Position numbers and translations under genes: made by a program. 58,844 nucleotides of DNA from Eubacteriales bacterium (lineage in GTDB: Bacteria; Bacillota; Clostridia; Oscillospirales; CAG-272): positions 1 to 58,844 of the forward strand of contig JAZSKY010000043.1 in assembly GCA_045535095.1 (NCBI GenBank), in the 5' to 3' direction. A model generated the notes under the pieces. It had not been told where the DNA came from and did not search any database. It saw nothing but the letters and a program-made list of their open reading frames with translations. This document shows, piece by piece, positions 57,648-58,844 of the stretch; the first letter of the stretch is position 1, and every line of letters begins with the position of its first letter.

Positions 57648-58844
57648 TCACTCTGCTACGAAAATGTACGGATATATCTCCTGCCCGCCTTCGATAAAGT
57701 AAACCTCGGCGTCGGGATATTCCTTTGAAAGATACGCGCTAAGCTCGCTCTGCTCGCTCTCGAGCGCGTCCTCGCCGCAAAATACGGTGAGCATAAACTT
57801 TTCGGGCATGTCAAGGAGCAGGGAAGCGAGCTTCTTCGTTGCCTCCATTCTGCTTTCCTCGGATACAACGATCTCCTTTTCGATAATTCCGATAGTGTCG
57901 CCGTTATTTATATGAACACCGTTCATATCGGCATCTCGGATCGATGGAGAAACGTATCCTGCGGTGACTCTCGCCATCGCCTCTTTCATTTCGACTATGA
58001 CCGAAGAAACGTCCTCGTTAAAGAGATTTGCCGACGAAATGGCAACGTATCCCGTGCCAACGCTCTTGCTCGGCAGAACGTGAATTTTCGCCTCTGTGTA
58101 GAGGTCGGCGGCCTGCTGTGCCGCCATAAATATATTAGAGTTGTTGGGGAAAACGAAGATATTCTCTGCGTTTATCTTCTCGAACGCCTCGATGAAATCG
58201 CTGGTCGAGGGATTGTGCGTCTGACCGCCTCGGATCACCTCGTCAACGCCAAGCTCCGAGTAGAGAGACTCGATTCCGTCTCCGCTTGCTACCGCGACCA
58301 TTGCGTATTTCTTCTTCGGTGCGCTCGGCTTTTCCTCTTTCGCTTCCTTTTCCTCCGCGCTGAGCGTTTCGGTGTGCTGAAGCGACATATTCTCGATCTT
58401 GACTGTGAGAAATTCTCCGTATTTACGGCAATATTCAAGTACTTTTTCGGGTGTGAATGTGTGAACGTGAAGCTTTACTATGCTCTCGGTCTTGAATGCA
58501 ACGACCGAGTCTCCGATAGACGAAAGGAAGTCCTTGAGAGCGTCGGTGTCAAAATTCTCGACGTCGGTTTTGGAGTTCTGAAGCTGTAAAAGCAGCTCGG
58601 TGCAGTATCCGTAGGTCATAACGCTGTCCGCGTTGAACGAAAACTCTACGCTTGCAGGCTTTGTGGCCGAGGGCGTCTTGATAGCCTCTTCCGTGATCTC
58701 CTCGCCGTTGAGGACTCTGTTGAAGCCCTCCATTATATAGAGAAGTCCTGCGCCGCCGCTGTCAACAACGCCCGCTTCCTTTAATACGGTGAGTATCTCG
58801 GGAGTACGGTTGAGCGAGGCGTGCATTTCCTTTACGAGGTCGGC
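57648..58844 (-). CDS. fakA: DAK2-domain fatty acid kinase subunit A (YloV/FakA), 5'-truncated by the window edge
   Basis: LKEAGVVDSGGAG, YGYCTE, KLHVHT, KIENM..QH, GGQT.NPS, GGQ..Y.Y...E; frame open to 58844. Confidence 0.93.
   Translation of the reverse strand, partial: ADLVKEMHASLNRTPEILTVLKEAGVVDSGGAGLLYIMEGFNRVLNGEEITEEAIKTPSATKPASVEFSFNADSVMTYGYCTELLLQLQNSKTDVENFDTDALKDFLSSIGDSVVAFKTESIVKLHVHTFTPEKVLEYCRKYGEFLTVKIENMSLQHTETLSAEEKEAKEEKPSAPKKKYAMVAVASGDGIESLYSELGVDEVIRGGQTHNPSTSDFIEAFEKINAENIFVFPNNSNIFMAAQQAADLYTEAKIHVLPSKSVGTGYVAISSANLFNEDVSSVIVEMKEAMARVTAGYVSPSIRDADMNGVHINNGDTIGIIEKEIVVSEESRMEATKKLASLLLDMPEKFMLTVFCGEDALESEQSELSAYLSKEYPDAEVYFIEGGQEIYPYIFVAE

Overview
Window from a probably spore-forming Clostridia-like (Bacillota) chromosome, in two parts. 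(1) Nt 1 to ~21805 is an AT-richer integrated element whose left end lies outside the window. Its cargo is a large exported lectin/papain-protease protein with two exported partners, a Kiwa-like anti-phage pair (kwaB-kwaA order), and a WapA-type Rhs toxin with a restriction-endonuclease-fold tip, its immunity gene and an orphan ParB-like tip/immunity pair. Its mobility module is a tyrosine recombinase behind a structured ~210 nt leader, an HTH/Zn-finger protein, a primase-less D5/SF3 helicase followed by an origin-like inverted repeat, a 58 aa SHOCT-like ORF and a large serine recombinase. The best lead is that the serine recombinase ORF appears to read through its own attR and end in ~15 codons resembling the C-terminus of an alpha/beta small acid-soluble spore protein (SASP). 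This suggests the element sits inside an ssp gene and swaps C-termini with it on integration and excision. (2) Nt ~21850-58844 is ordinary core genome: ligA-obgE-prfA-sua5-parC-spoIID-like, 6S RNA, trmB, nusB-xseAB-ispA-tlyA-nadK-argR-recN-tyrS-murB-rapZ-whiA-dnaE, PBP1A, coaE, lytic transglycosylase, M18 aminopeptidase, tRNA-Leu(TAG) and fakA, plus two hairpin-rich inserts next to the stable RNA genes. All family calls come from motif recognition by eye; no database searches were run.
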